From Verrucomicrobiota bacterium (GTDB lineage: Bacteria > Verrucomicrobiota > Verrucomicrobiia > Chthoniobacterales > JAFAMB01), in NCBI GenBank assembly GCA_019243005.1, contig JAFAUY010000287.1, forward strand, positions 1 to 36,661: a stretch of 36,661 nt of DNA, in the 5' to 3' direction. The first letter of the stretch is position 1. The number at the start of each line of letters is the position of its first letter. The notes under the pieces are model-generated. The model was not told the origin of the DNA. It did no database searches and saw only the letters and a program-made list of their open reading frames with translations. Of this stretch, positions 19,195-27,408 are shown one piece after another. A program made the position numbers and the translations under genes.

Positions 19195-19850
19195 CAGAAT
19201 GTTTACCTGGTCTCCCGGACGAAATTCTGCACCAGGTCCCATCCAAACCCTTGTTAAGCGCCGGCCGCCCAATGACGTCGCGACCACTCCAGCAGCATTA
19301 ACGGTCAAGAGGCTCGATCGACCTGGTAATTTGGTTGTGCATAAACATTGGTAGTGCAAAAGGCAATCTTTTTGTTGGACGCGGCCACGCTAGCTTTGGG
19401 AATCCCTTTGTTCTGGGATCCATATAAAACACGATTGTAGTTATAAATTCTAACGGCCCGGCGGGGTCAATGCGTTGCCTCCAAAGCTGGGCGGTTGGTA
19501 ATTCACAAATTTATAGTAAAAGCTGCCTGCAAGAAGAATCCGTAACCCGCTCTAAAATTGTTTCCCGGACCTGCCTCGGAAATCAGGAGGTCCGTGCAGT
19601 ATGCAGCTTGACTCGGGGATCGGATCCTGGATTTAATTGGCGCCAGGTTATCGAGTGCGTTCATACGTGCCAGAAGGGGGGCAGGTTGATAAGCGTGATG
19701 GATGGCCGCTCATAGTCTCCCCTCGGCCGGCGTGTGTTGATTTATGTGCATATAGCGAGGGAAGTTGCGCAAAGGGCGCCGGGATTGGCTCCGGTACCTC
19801 AAAAAGGTCAATGTGGGCCCACGCCAGGGTACGCAATCGATTGATACGTC

Positions 19851-20891
19851 ATGGATTTACAAGTAGTTGACCCGGTCCAGGACCATACCTGGGACTCGCT
19901 CGTGCTTTCGCACCCCAACTATCATTTTTTCCATAGCACTTGCTGGGCGAGAGTGCTTTGCAAGACTTACGGCCACAGGGCGGTCTACCTCCGTTGTTTC
20001 CAGCAAGGCGAACTTAAAGCGCTGGTTCCAATGATGGATGTACGCAGCTTTCTGACCGGATGCAGGGGAGTTTGCCTCCCGTTTACGGATTTTTGCAGTC
20101 CACTCATTTTCAGTGATCGTGATCGGGTCTGGCCGTCCGTAGTGGCTACCCTGACCCAAGTGGCTCGGGAGCGAAAATGGAAGTATTTTGAAATCCGTGG
20201 TGGAAGGGCGCTTGATCCCTCGACGAAGCCTGCGGCGGGGTACTATGGCCACAGGCTGGATTTGGGCGGCAGTACGGAAGAGCTTTTTGCCAGCCTGAAA
20301 AGTTCCGCTCGGCGGGCCGTTCGGAAGGCGGAGCGTAGCCGGTTGCGCGTTGAGGTGACCCGAACCCGGGACGCGCTTTTGGATTTTTATCGACTGCATG
20401 CGGCCACCCGGAGGCGCCACGGCGTTCCTCCCCAGTCGGTCGCCTTTTTTCTAAATATATACGACGAAATCATCCGGCAAAACCTGGGATTTGTAGCCGT
20501 TGCAAGCATGGCGGCGTGCCCGGTCGCCGCCGCAGTCTTTTTACATTTCGGCAAGAGAGCCGTTTACAAATTCGGCGCATCTGACCACAAATTTCAAGAG
20601 TTCCGGGGCAGCAACCTGGCCATGTGGGAAGGGATCCGGTTCCTGACGGAAAACGGGTTTGAAACGGTGCATTTTGGCAGAACCGCGCTGGAAAACGACG
20701 GGCTGAGACGGTTCAAGCAGACGTGGGGAGCCGAGGAGGACCGGATAGAGTACCTTCGATTTGGTCCGATAGCCGAAGCGAAGGCGAAGACCCAGGCCAC
20801 CACCTCAGGGGTTCACCGCAGCGTATTCGGCCGGTTACCCGTAAGTTTGAACTGCCTGGCCGGTACCCTCATTTATCCGCACCTGGATTAA
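19851..20891 (+). CDS. GNAT family N-acyltransferase, FemAB/CelD-BcsL-like
   Basis: WD..V..HP...FFHS..W, LPFTD, RRAVRKAE, RRRHG.PPQ..FF, YK.GASD, FGRT...N.GL..FK..WG. Confidence 0.85.
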   Translation: MDLQVVDPVQDHTWDSLVLSHPNYHFFHSTCWARVLCKTYGHRAVYLRCFQQGELKALVPMMDVRSFLTGCRGVCLPFTDFCSPLIFSDRDRVWPSVVATLTQVARERKWKYFEIRGGRALDPSTKPAAGYYGHRLDLGGSTEELFASLKSSARRAVRKAERSRLRVEVTRTRDALLDFYRLHAATRRRHGVPPQSVAFFLNIYDEIIRQNLGFVAVASMAACPVAAAVFLHFGKRAVYKFGASDHKFQEFRGSNLAMWEGIRFLTENGFETVHFGRTALENDGLRRFKQTWGAEEDRIEYLRFGPIAEAKAKTQATTSGVHRSVFGRLPVSLNCLAGTLIYPHLD

Positions 20892-21831
20892 GCCTGGTCC
20901 CGGGCGTCAGCACGGCTTGCGCGTTGAGCGAGCGGCCATCAATGATCAGCCAGCGCACCGACACCCATTCGTCAGCGGCCGCGACCAGGACTCCGGACTC
21001 GTCTGACGTGCCGACCGTTCCGGGTGTGCTGTCAGAGCGCCGAAAGGTACGGACCGCTTTTGCAACGGCGATTTCGCGTCCTTTGAAGGAAACCTTTGGA
21101 TGGCCCCACGGTGAGCGATACGGCGCATAGTCACAGGCGCGAACAAAATTTACAACCTCGCGGGCCGGCCGGTTCCAAGACAACCAGCCTTCCTCCGGGA
21201 CTTCCTTGCCGAAGTAGCGCCTCTTCGTCAGGTCCTGCTGCAACCTGGGAATAGCGTCCGGATCCGCGGACGCCGTCTCGAGGAGTTGGTGAATGAGCGC
21301 CAGGCCTGCTCGCACGCATTTTTGAGTCAGCAGCACCGGGGTATCGGTCTCCTCGATCGGGAACGTCGACCTATAGGCAATGTCGCCGGCGTCAATTTCC
21401 GGCACCATCCAGTGGACCGTCACCCCATGGGTCGGTTCTCCGAGGTAAATCGCCCAACTTACCGCATTCAGGCCGGCATAGTGGGGGAGCGGACCGGGAT
21501 GCAGGTTGAATGCACCGATCCGTGCAGCCTGCAATACGGCACCCGGGATGATGTACAGGGAATGCACGTTCAGAATGATGTCCACTTGTGCAGACCTGAG
21601 GGCATCCGCAAATTGCGGGTCTTTGACCCGCCGGGCCGGCCAGACGGTGCATCCAAGCTCTTTGGCGGCAGCCGTAATGGCTGCCGTCCCGGGTTTACCA
21701 GGTGTGACGGACGTCATTACGGCCATGATCTCGCAGTGGCTTTGCGCCAATGCCCGCAACGCCCGCAAACCAGCCGATTCTTCACCGATCAGCAGCACCT
21801 TCGGCCGGGTCCGGCCAGATTCCGTCTCCAT
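20869..21831 (-). CDS. Formyltransferase (Fmt/ArnA-N-like, N10-formyl-THF dependent)
   Basis: FNLHPGPLP.YAG, GVTVH.M...IDAGDI, C-terminal Fmt domain. The divergent N-terminus and gene context argue against housekeeping fmt. Confidence 0.85.
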   Translation of the reverse strand: METESGRTRPKVLLIGEESAGLRALRALAQSHCEIMAVMTSVTPGKPGTAAITAAAKELGCTVWPARRVKDPQFADALRSAQVDIILNVHSLYIIPGAVLQAARIGAFNLHPGPLPHYAGLNAVSWAIYLGEPTHGVTVHWMVPEIDAGDIAYRSTFPIEETDTPVLLTQKCVRAGLALIHQLLETASADPDAIPRLQQDLTKRRYFGKEVPEEGWLSWNRPAREVVNFVRACDYAPYRSPWGHPKVSFKGREIAVAKAVRTFRRSDSTPGTVGTSDESGVLVAAADEWVSVRWLIIDGRSLNAQAVLTPGTRLNPGADK

Positions 21832-22074
21832 AGCGGCTCTTTACGGTTACACCATTTTCCCGTCAGCCAACAGGTGCCTCATCCTTTCGACCATCCCTGA
21901 CGCATGCCCGTTTCGGGCGCGAGTTGATCAGCCCGGCCGCCTGAAAGCAGCCGGCAGATTCGTTCATCCTCCGACGTTTCTACTAGACGCCGGAGTGGTA
22001 CCGTCAAGGGAGCACGTTGCGCTCTGCCCGATGAGGCGATTGCGATGTTTCCACCCGGGCTTCTCACGCGCCCG

Positions 22075-22866
22075 CTATAGCCGTTCTGCGTACCTGAGCG
22101 CGGCGCGGTAACCTTGTAAAATTTGCTTGAGGCTGAAAACGATCGCCGAGATCTGGTTTTCACCGGGTTGCTGCCGGGGGGTGCAAAGGCTCAGGCAGAA
22201 CGGGCGTGGCCGCAGGTGGCCCGTATTAAAAATCGACGCCGGTTCGAAGCCGGACGGCAGCCAGAGCCGGATCGGTTCCGATGCCAGCGGCACGAACCGC
22301 TGCGCCAATTCGACGGCCGGCCATAGCACCTCCGTGGCGATCAACCGGCTGCAGGTCCGTATCTGGAACCCTGAGATCGGCTGATCGCCGCGGATAAAGA
22401 CAACGGCGTCAAACTCGTTCCGTTCAAGCTCCTGTTCAAAAAAGCGGACCGCGGGATCGATCGATCCACGCCAGAAATCATTGGTAAACGCCCGGCCGTC
22501 GCCGTCCCAAGGGTGCGGGTTGGCCTGTGGATAGCCGAACAGCGCATAGTCCTGGGCCAGCAGAGACGCCAGATCGAGTTCGATGAGGAGTTTGGCCAGC
22601 GCCGCGGTCGCCACGGTATCGCCGGCGCTCAGGCCGGCGATCAGCGCCAGGCGAATCGGAAGGTCCCGGCCTCGCGGACCGATCAGGACAAAGCTCGGGA
22701 TCACTTTCCCGCCGGCGTGAAAGCTCCGCCACCGCGCCAGGCCGGGTGAACGGTCAGCGAGGTTGTTCAGTGGGGCTAACGCGTTTTCATCCAATTCAAG
22801 CGCGGGCGGCGGCGTACAGGGCAAAGCGGAGGCAAGTCGAGGCGGCATGAGCATTGGCCTTGGCAT
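22075..22866 (-). CDS. M14/succinylglutamate desuccinylase-like protein lacking the canonical Zn motif
   Basis: Pattern GPRG...PIRLALIAG, YALFGYP.ANP, FWRGS..P.V...E.EL resembles M14-like proteins; HxxE is absent. Confidence 0.5.
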   Translation of the reverse strand: MPRPMLMPPRLASALPCTPPPALELDENALAPLNNLADRSPGLARWRSFHAGGKVIPSFVLIGPRGRDLPIRLALIAGLSAGDTVATAALAKLLIELDLASLLAQDYALFGYPQANPHPWDGDGRAFTNDFWRGSIDPAVRFFEQELERNEFDAVVFIRGDQPISGFQIRTCSRLIATEVLWPAVELAQRFVPLASEPIRLWLPSGFEPASIFNTGHLRPRPFCLSLCTPRQQPGENQISAIVFSLKQILQGYRAALRYAERL

Positions 22867-22941
22867 GACGTTGAGGTTGGAGGCGCAGGGATCAGCGATG
22901 GCTGGTAACGGGCGGAAGCATAGGCGGGGACCCGTTTAATG

Positions 22942-22958
22942 TCTACTTTTTTGATAGA
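22942..22958 (-). promoter_or_regulatory. Candidate Rrf2-type operator TCTAT-N7-GTAGA
   Basis: Minus strand aacTCTATcaaaaaaGTAGAc, ~76 bp upstream of ATG 22866; shares CTATCAA and spacing with the 12819-12835 site. Confidence 0.45.
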
Positions 22959-23044
22959 GTTTTGAGGTCCCTGAGCCGCCCGTCCGGTTCTTGCCCGGTG
23001 ACCACGCCGGGGCAGGCGCGTGCCCGCCCCGGGCCGAGGAGGCG

Positions 23045-24811
23045 CTAAACCTGGTGAGACAGCGCTCCCGCGTCTGCCCGCGCCGCCGTCGGCCCGCCAC
23101 GGCCGATGCCGTTCGCTTCTAAAAGTTCGTACGCGGAAGCCACCGCCTTGAGGGTGGCGGAAGGCGTTTCAACGCTTTCAGGAAAGATGCGGTCGGCGGG
23201 GAACCAATCCGCGAAGCGCAGGTTGGCCAAACCCTTCGCCAGATCCGGGCGGACGCCGCAGAGCAAAACGACGACGCGCTCGCGCCCCATCTCTTGCAAA
23301 AAATGCTGAAGAAGTTCCAGGCAGACCATGTCGGGGTTGCGCGTTCGCTTGAAACGTAAAACCACGACCCGAGTCCCTTCCTTGCTGATCCGCAGCTTCA
23401 CTTCCTCGAAAAAACGATCCAGCTCCGGGGCGGTGCCAAAGAAGAGTTCGCCCTCGAGGTTATAGAGAAGCAGTTCGGGGCAGGGCGGGTCTGACGGCAA
23501 CCGTTCACGGAGAACCTGTTTGGTGGTAACCACCAGTTCTGAGACCCTCAAGCGCGCGGCGCGGGGGACAAACAGGAGAATCGAGAGGGCCACCCCGATG
23601 AGGATCGAAAATTCGACGCTGATGAACACGGCCGCCGCCGCGGTGAGCACGACCAAGCCGGCATCATAGCGCGAGGTGCGCATCGCGTAACGCAACCGGT
23701 TCCAGTCAACCAGCCTCGCCGCCGTGACGACGAGCAAGCCGGCCAAAGCCGCCTTGGGGATGTAGCGCGCGAGTGGAGCGAACAAAAGCACGGCGGCAGC
23801 GGTGGTTGCCGCCGCGAACACACCGGACATGCGACTCACGGCTCCGGCCTGAAAGTTGATCGCCGAGCGCGTCAGCGACCCTGAACCCGGCAGGCATTGG
23901 AAGAACGAACCGGTCAGGTTGGCGACGCCTTCGGCGAAGCACTGCTTGTTATAATCGAGCGTCTGGCGGGTCTGGTGGGCGATGGATTTGGCGATGGCAA
24001 GCGCCTCCAGCAAGCCCAGGAAGGAAATGGCCAGGGCGCTGCCGGAGAGTTGCTTCACCCACCAGAACCTGATCTCCGGGATGTGCGGTAACGGCAGGCT
24101 GGCCGGGACCTCGCCGACCACGGCCAGCAGCGTCCTGCCGCCGGAGGCGGGTTGGGTCCACCCGAAGAAGGCCGCCACCGCGGCCGCCGTGACCAGGGCC
24201 ACGAGCATGTCAATCTGCGGCAGACGGTACCGGCGTGCCAGCTTTCTCAGGAAGATCACCAGGAAGATCGTTCCCAGTCCGATCCCGAGGGCATACCGGT
24301 TCACCGGGCCGCCTTCCGTCAGTGTAAGCCAGAATCGCTCCACGACCTGCTGATGCCCGGTGCCGCGATCGCGAATGCCCAGCAAGTTGCCAAATTGCCC
24401 CAGCGCCACCAAGCAGCCGGCCCCGGCCATGAATCCGAGCACCACGGACTCGGAAATGTAACGGGTCAGGTCACCCAGTTTGAACACCGCGATCAGAATC
24501 TGGATGACGCCGACCATCAGGCCCAGAAGGAAGGTGGCCTGATAAGCATCGAAACGGGCCTCGGGATCAAGGAAAGCCAGGGCACTGAAGACAACGAGAG
24601 AGATGGCGTTGGTCGGGCCGTTGATCAGGTGGGAGGAGGAACCGAAGATCGACGCCACTGCCGTCACCACAATGGCGGAGTAAAGGCCAAAGCGCGGGTC
24701 GATGCCCGCGATGAGCGCATACGCCATCGCTTGGGGTAAAGAGATGGCCGCGACGGTCATGCCTGCCAGGAGATCTCTGCGCGCAGCATCCCAGGAATAT
24801 TTCAAACGCAT
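23045..24811 (-). CDS. SulP/SLC26 family anion (sulfate) transporter with STAS domain
   Basis: DLLAG.TVA...LPQAMAYA.IAG, GLYSA, FGSS..L..GPT, GSLTRSAIN..AGA, G.LFFG STAS. Confidence 0.92.
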   Translation of the reverse strand: MRLKYSWDAARRDLLAGMTVAAISLPQAMAYALIAGIDPRFGLYSAIVVTAVASIFGSSSHLINGPTNAISLVVFSALAFLDPEARFDAYQATFLLGLMVGVIQILIAVFKLGDLTRYISESVVLGFMAGAGCLVALGQFGNLLGIRDRGTGHQQVVERFWLTLTEGGPVNRYALGIGLGTIFLVIFLRKLARRYRLPQIDMLVALVTAAAVAAFFGWTQPASGGRTLLAVVGEVPASLPLPHIPEIRFWWVKQLSGSALAISFLGLLEALAIAKSIAHQTRQTLDYNKQCFAEGVANLTGSFFQCLPGSGSLTRSAINFQAGAVSRMSGVFAAATTAAAVLLFAPLARYIPKAALAGLLVVTAARLVDWNRLRYAMRTSRYDAGLVVLTAAAAVFISVEFSILIGVALSILLFVPRAARLRVSELVVTTKQVLRERLPSDPPCPELLLYNLEGELFFGTAPELDRFFEEVKLRISKEGTRVVVLRFKRTRNPDMVCLELLQHFLQEMGRERVVVLLCGVRPDLAKGLANLRFADWFPADRIFPESVETPSATLKAVASAYELLEANGIGRGGPTAARADAGALSHQV

Positions 24812-24816
24812 GGCTT

Positions 24817-24877
24817 AGAGGGTGTGTGGGAACCGAGGGCAGTGAGCTTGGTCGGCCTGGCCTCCCACACACCCTCT
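24817..24877. repeat. Perfect 15-bp inverted repeat (agagggtgtgtggga / tcccacacaccctct) with 31-bp spacer
   Basis: Arms at 24817-24831 and 24863-24877, directly upstream of the SulP start codon. Confidence 0.8.
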
Positions 24878-24881
24878 TTAA

Positions 24882-25200
24882 TGCCACAAATGCCACAAGC
24901 GCAAAATTGCCACAAATAAAGAAGGGTGGCGAGTGCCGGGTGTCGCGTAAAGAGACGCTACGCCGGCCGCGTTCCCTTCATCTGTGTAATCTGCGGATGG
25001 ATTTCTTTTCTGCGTGGTCTGCGGATCCGCCGCCCCCGCAGGCCTTCGGTGATGGTGGCAGGTCAGGGTGGGCGGCGGATGATCGTCTTTATCTGTGGAT
25101 GCGCCGTGGTCCGCCGTGTGAACCCCGTCGCCGTGACCACCGCTTCCGCGGTGGCCGCCCTGTGATCGTACTCCGTGGTGGCAATCTGTGTGATCTGTGA
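24882..25200. repeat. Intergenic composite short-repeat element (tgccacaa x3; nonamer-type atctgtgta/atctgcgga units; internal hairpin)
   Basis: tgccacaa at 24882, 24891 and 24908; tctgtgtaatctgcggat, tctgcgtggtctgcggat, atctgtggat, atctgtgtgatctgtg; related copy inverted at ~33625-33790. Confidence 0.7.
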
Positions 25201-25215
25201 ATACTTTAGGCGATC

Positions 25216-25710
25216 ATGCCGAATCCGGGCCAACCGACGATCAGCGTAGGCGCGACGGGCGCAGTGGTCCGGCGTCTGCAGCGGGCGCTGCGCCGTACGC
25301 CGAACCTTGGTATCAGCGTTGACGGCGTGTTTAACGCGCAACTGGAAGCGGCGGTAAAGGAGTTTCAGACCGGGGCCGGTCTGGTCGCTGACGGCGTCGT
25401 TGGCCCGCTGACCTGGAATGCGTTGCCGGATGGGGGGCCGATGCCGCTCCTCAGCGAGGGTGCCTCGGGCGAGGTGGTTCGCAGCCTGCAGACGGTGCTG
25501 ACCAACGGCGCTCCGGGCCAGTGGGGCACGACTCCGCAGGGGATCGACGGCAATTTCGGACCCCACACGCGAGCGGCCGTGGACGCATTTCAGACCTGGG
25601 GCGGGGTCACGGCGGATGGAGTTGTGGGGGATCAGACTTGGGCCGTGTCGTTGCACGCCGCGAGTGCGACCCTGGAAACGGCGGTCGGGCTCAACTTCGT
25701 GGTCGATTGA
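25216..25710 (+). CDS. Peptidoglycan-binding domain protein (two PG_binding_1 repeats)
   Basis: Two repeats of GA.G..VR.LQ..L ... DG.F ... AV..FQ...G..ADGVVG..TW. Confidence 0.88.
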   Translation: MPNPGQPTISVGATGAVVRRLQRALRRTPNLGISVDGVFNAQLEAAVKEFQTGAGLVADGVVGPLTWNALPDGGPMPLLSEGASGEVVRSLQTVLTNGAPGQWGTTPQGIDGNFGPHTRAAVDAFQTWGGVTADGVVGDQTWAVSLHAASATLETAVGLNFVVD

Positions 25711-25928
25711 TCCGGATCGGGGATCACTGCATGGCTGGAGGCGTTGTTCGTGGCTGGGTCCGGTTGAGCCGCTAGCCTGCATCGCTCACAAATTGCTGGA
25801 TGATCCCAGGGATTGGGAGGCGATGCAGGCTCTGGCAGCGGAACTCTCCGGCTACGCCGGAAAATTCCGCTGCTTTTTGAAGAGGAGAGTTAAAAACAGT
25901 TTGTTTGGATTCCTCGATTCTAAAACAC

Positions 25929-25968
25929 GCTCTTAAAGAGACGCGCAGCGTCTTTTTAAGAGCTTTCT
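25929..25968. terminator. Hairpin between convergent genes, probable terminator
   Basis: gctcttaaagagacgc-gca-gcgtctttttaagagc (16-bp stem, one G-T pair) followed by tttctt. Confidence 0.5.
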
Positions 25969-26015
25969 TGCCCGCAATGAGCGCGTCGCTTCGGCTTCCG
26001 TGTGATTTTTGCGGG

Positions 26016-26630
26016 CTAGGCTGGGTTCGCCTCACCAAATCCGAAGACGCCCTCGTGCATGAGTTCACGAATCGGCCTGCGCCCGGATGGAACCTCGCGC
26101 TGGCGCAACGTTTCGGGTAGGTTGCCGGGATCGCCCGGATGCCCGGCCGCAAACATCGCGACCACGGCATAGTCGTCCGGAACGGCGAGCGCCGTACGCG
26201 CTTTCTCGAAATCAAAACCCTGCATCGCGTGAACGACCAAGCCCATCGCCGTGCCCTGAAGCGCAAGGTTTTCATAAGCGAGGCCGCAGTCAAACACGTG
26301 CACGGGGTTGGGTTTACCGCTCTTCTGAAAAACCTTGTGGGCCAGAATCACCACCAGCAAAGCGGCGTGTTGGCACCAAGCCCGGTTGCCCTCGACGAGC
26401 AGGTCGAAAAACCGCGGCCACGACGGCGTGTCGCGTCGCGCATAAAGAAAGCGCCATTCCTGTTCGTTATAGGTCGACGGCGCCCAGCGGGCGGCTTCAA
26501 AGAGGGTAAACAGTTCCTCTTCGCTAAGCGGCTGGCCGTTCATGGCACGAGGTGACCAGCGCCGTATGAAAATCGGTTCAATGGGAAAATCGGCCCTGCG
26601 GTGCTGCTCGGCTCTCGGCAATTGACTCAT
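26016..26630 (-). CDS. Nitroreductase family protein
   Basis: RRWSPRAM, FEAARWAPS.YNEQ.WRF, LALQ....GL..H.M.GFD. Confidence 0.9.
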   Translation of the reverse strand: MSQLPRAEQHRRADFPIEPIFIRRWSPRAMNGQPLSEEELFTLFEAARWAPSTYNEQEWRFLYARRDTPSWPRFFDLLVEGNRAWCQHAALLVVILAHKVFQKSGKPNPVHVFDCGLAYENLALQGTAMGLVVHAMQGFDFEKARTALAVPDDYAVVAMFAAGHPGDPGNLPETLRQREVPSGRRPIRELMHEGVFGFGEANPA

Positions 26631-26928
26631 GATCCCAATCTCTTGCGGCTGCTCTGGATGTCAATGCTGCCGTAAACTGCTTAATTACCGGCTGGCTGCA
26701 ACAGCGCCGGGAATGGTTTTTAATCTAACATCGTTTTTGTCATGGATCGATTTTACGCCTATGGCCAGGCTACCTCGGCGAAGTCAGCAAACGCCTGTCG
26801 GATCGCGCCCTCACTGTTAGGAGGTGTTAGGTCCCGAGGCGGCTCAAAACTCCCCTGCGGCAGGCAAAAATTCGGGCGCTTGCAATGCCGGGCGGGATAG
26901 CCTAACCTGTGGCGTTCGGAGCACCCCT

Positions 26929-27345
26929 ATGGCTCAGAAACTCATTGACCTTCTGAAAGGGCTTGATAACGACGTACGGGTCCACGACGGGTTGATCACG
27001 TGTGAACCGTGGTGCCTTGTCCACGCGCTCACCGATGCCGGCTTCCAGGATGAAGCCTGCTACCGTTTGGAATCTCATCGTATCGTGCGTCTCGATGACC
27101 AGGGCCGCGGAGAAAACTCGGTCGTCTACACGGTGGACCGCTACCCGGATGCCAAAGACGTGCAAAAATCGGTCTTCGATCTGCTGGAAGCGATGACCGG
27201 CGAGGAACGTAAAGCCTACGCGCAGTTGCCGCCGGCGACGGCTTTTGGAAGCTGCGAAAGCATCCGTGCCTTCATGGAAAGCCACGCCGAAGACGGCGAG
27301 GATGCCGAAACCGTCGCGCACCGGTACGTCAAAGCGGCGCGTTGA
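26929..27345 (+). CDS. Hypothetical protein (138 aa, acidic)
   Basis: Protein-like composition, fills the gap between the nitroreductase gene and sufU; no recognised motif. Confidence 0.6.
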   Translation: MAQKLIDLLKGLDNDVRVHDGLITCEPWCLVHALTDAGFQDEACYRLESHRIVRLDDQGRGENSVVYTVDRYPDAKDVQKSVFDLLEAMTGEERKAYAQLPPATAFGSCESIRAFMESHAEDGEDAETVAHRYVKAAR

Positions 27346-27408
27346 ACCGGCGGGCGTGTTTAGCGCCCGGCTCATGCAGAACGGTCGTTGCCCGGAGGGC
27401 TGGCCGGG

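Larger units (their letters stand above)
10555..19205 (-). repeat. Diverged direct repeat of ~1.35 kb (copies at ~10555-11920 and ~17840-19205)
   Basis: Long shared DNA tracts such as taggcgaccctcgctcgctc, gatgttctcgacggttcgatccaccggcca and gatagtggcccgacaggagcgcc. Confidence 0.9.

Noticed and set aside
20869-21831. Calling this gene housekeeping fmt
   Set aside because: Lacks the typical FMGTP.FA N-terminus and def/rsmB context; it sits in a tailoring locus.
24880-25200. Possible CRISPR array
   Set aside because: Repeat units are 8-9 bp and irregular, with no constant 23-47 bp repeats separated by unique spacers, and no cas genes.
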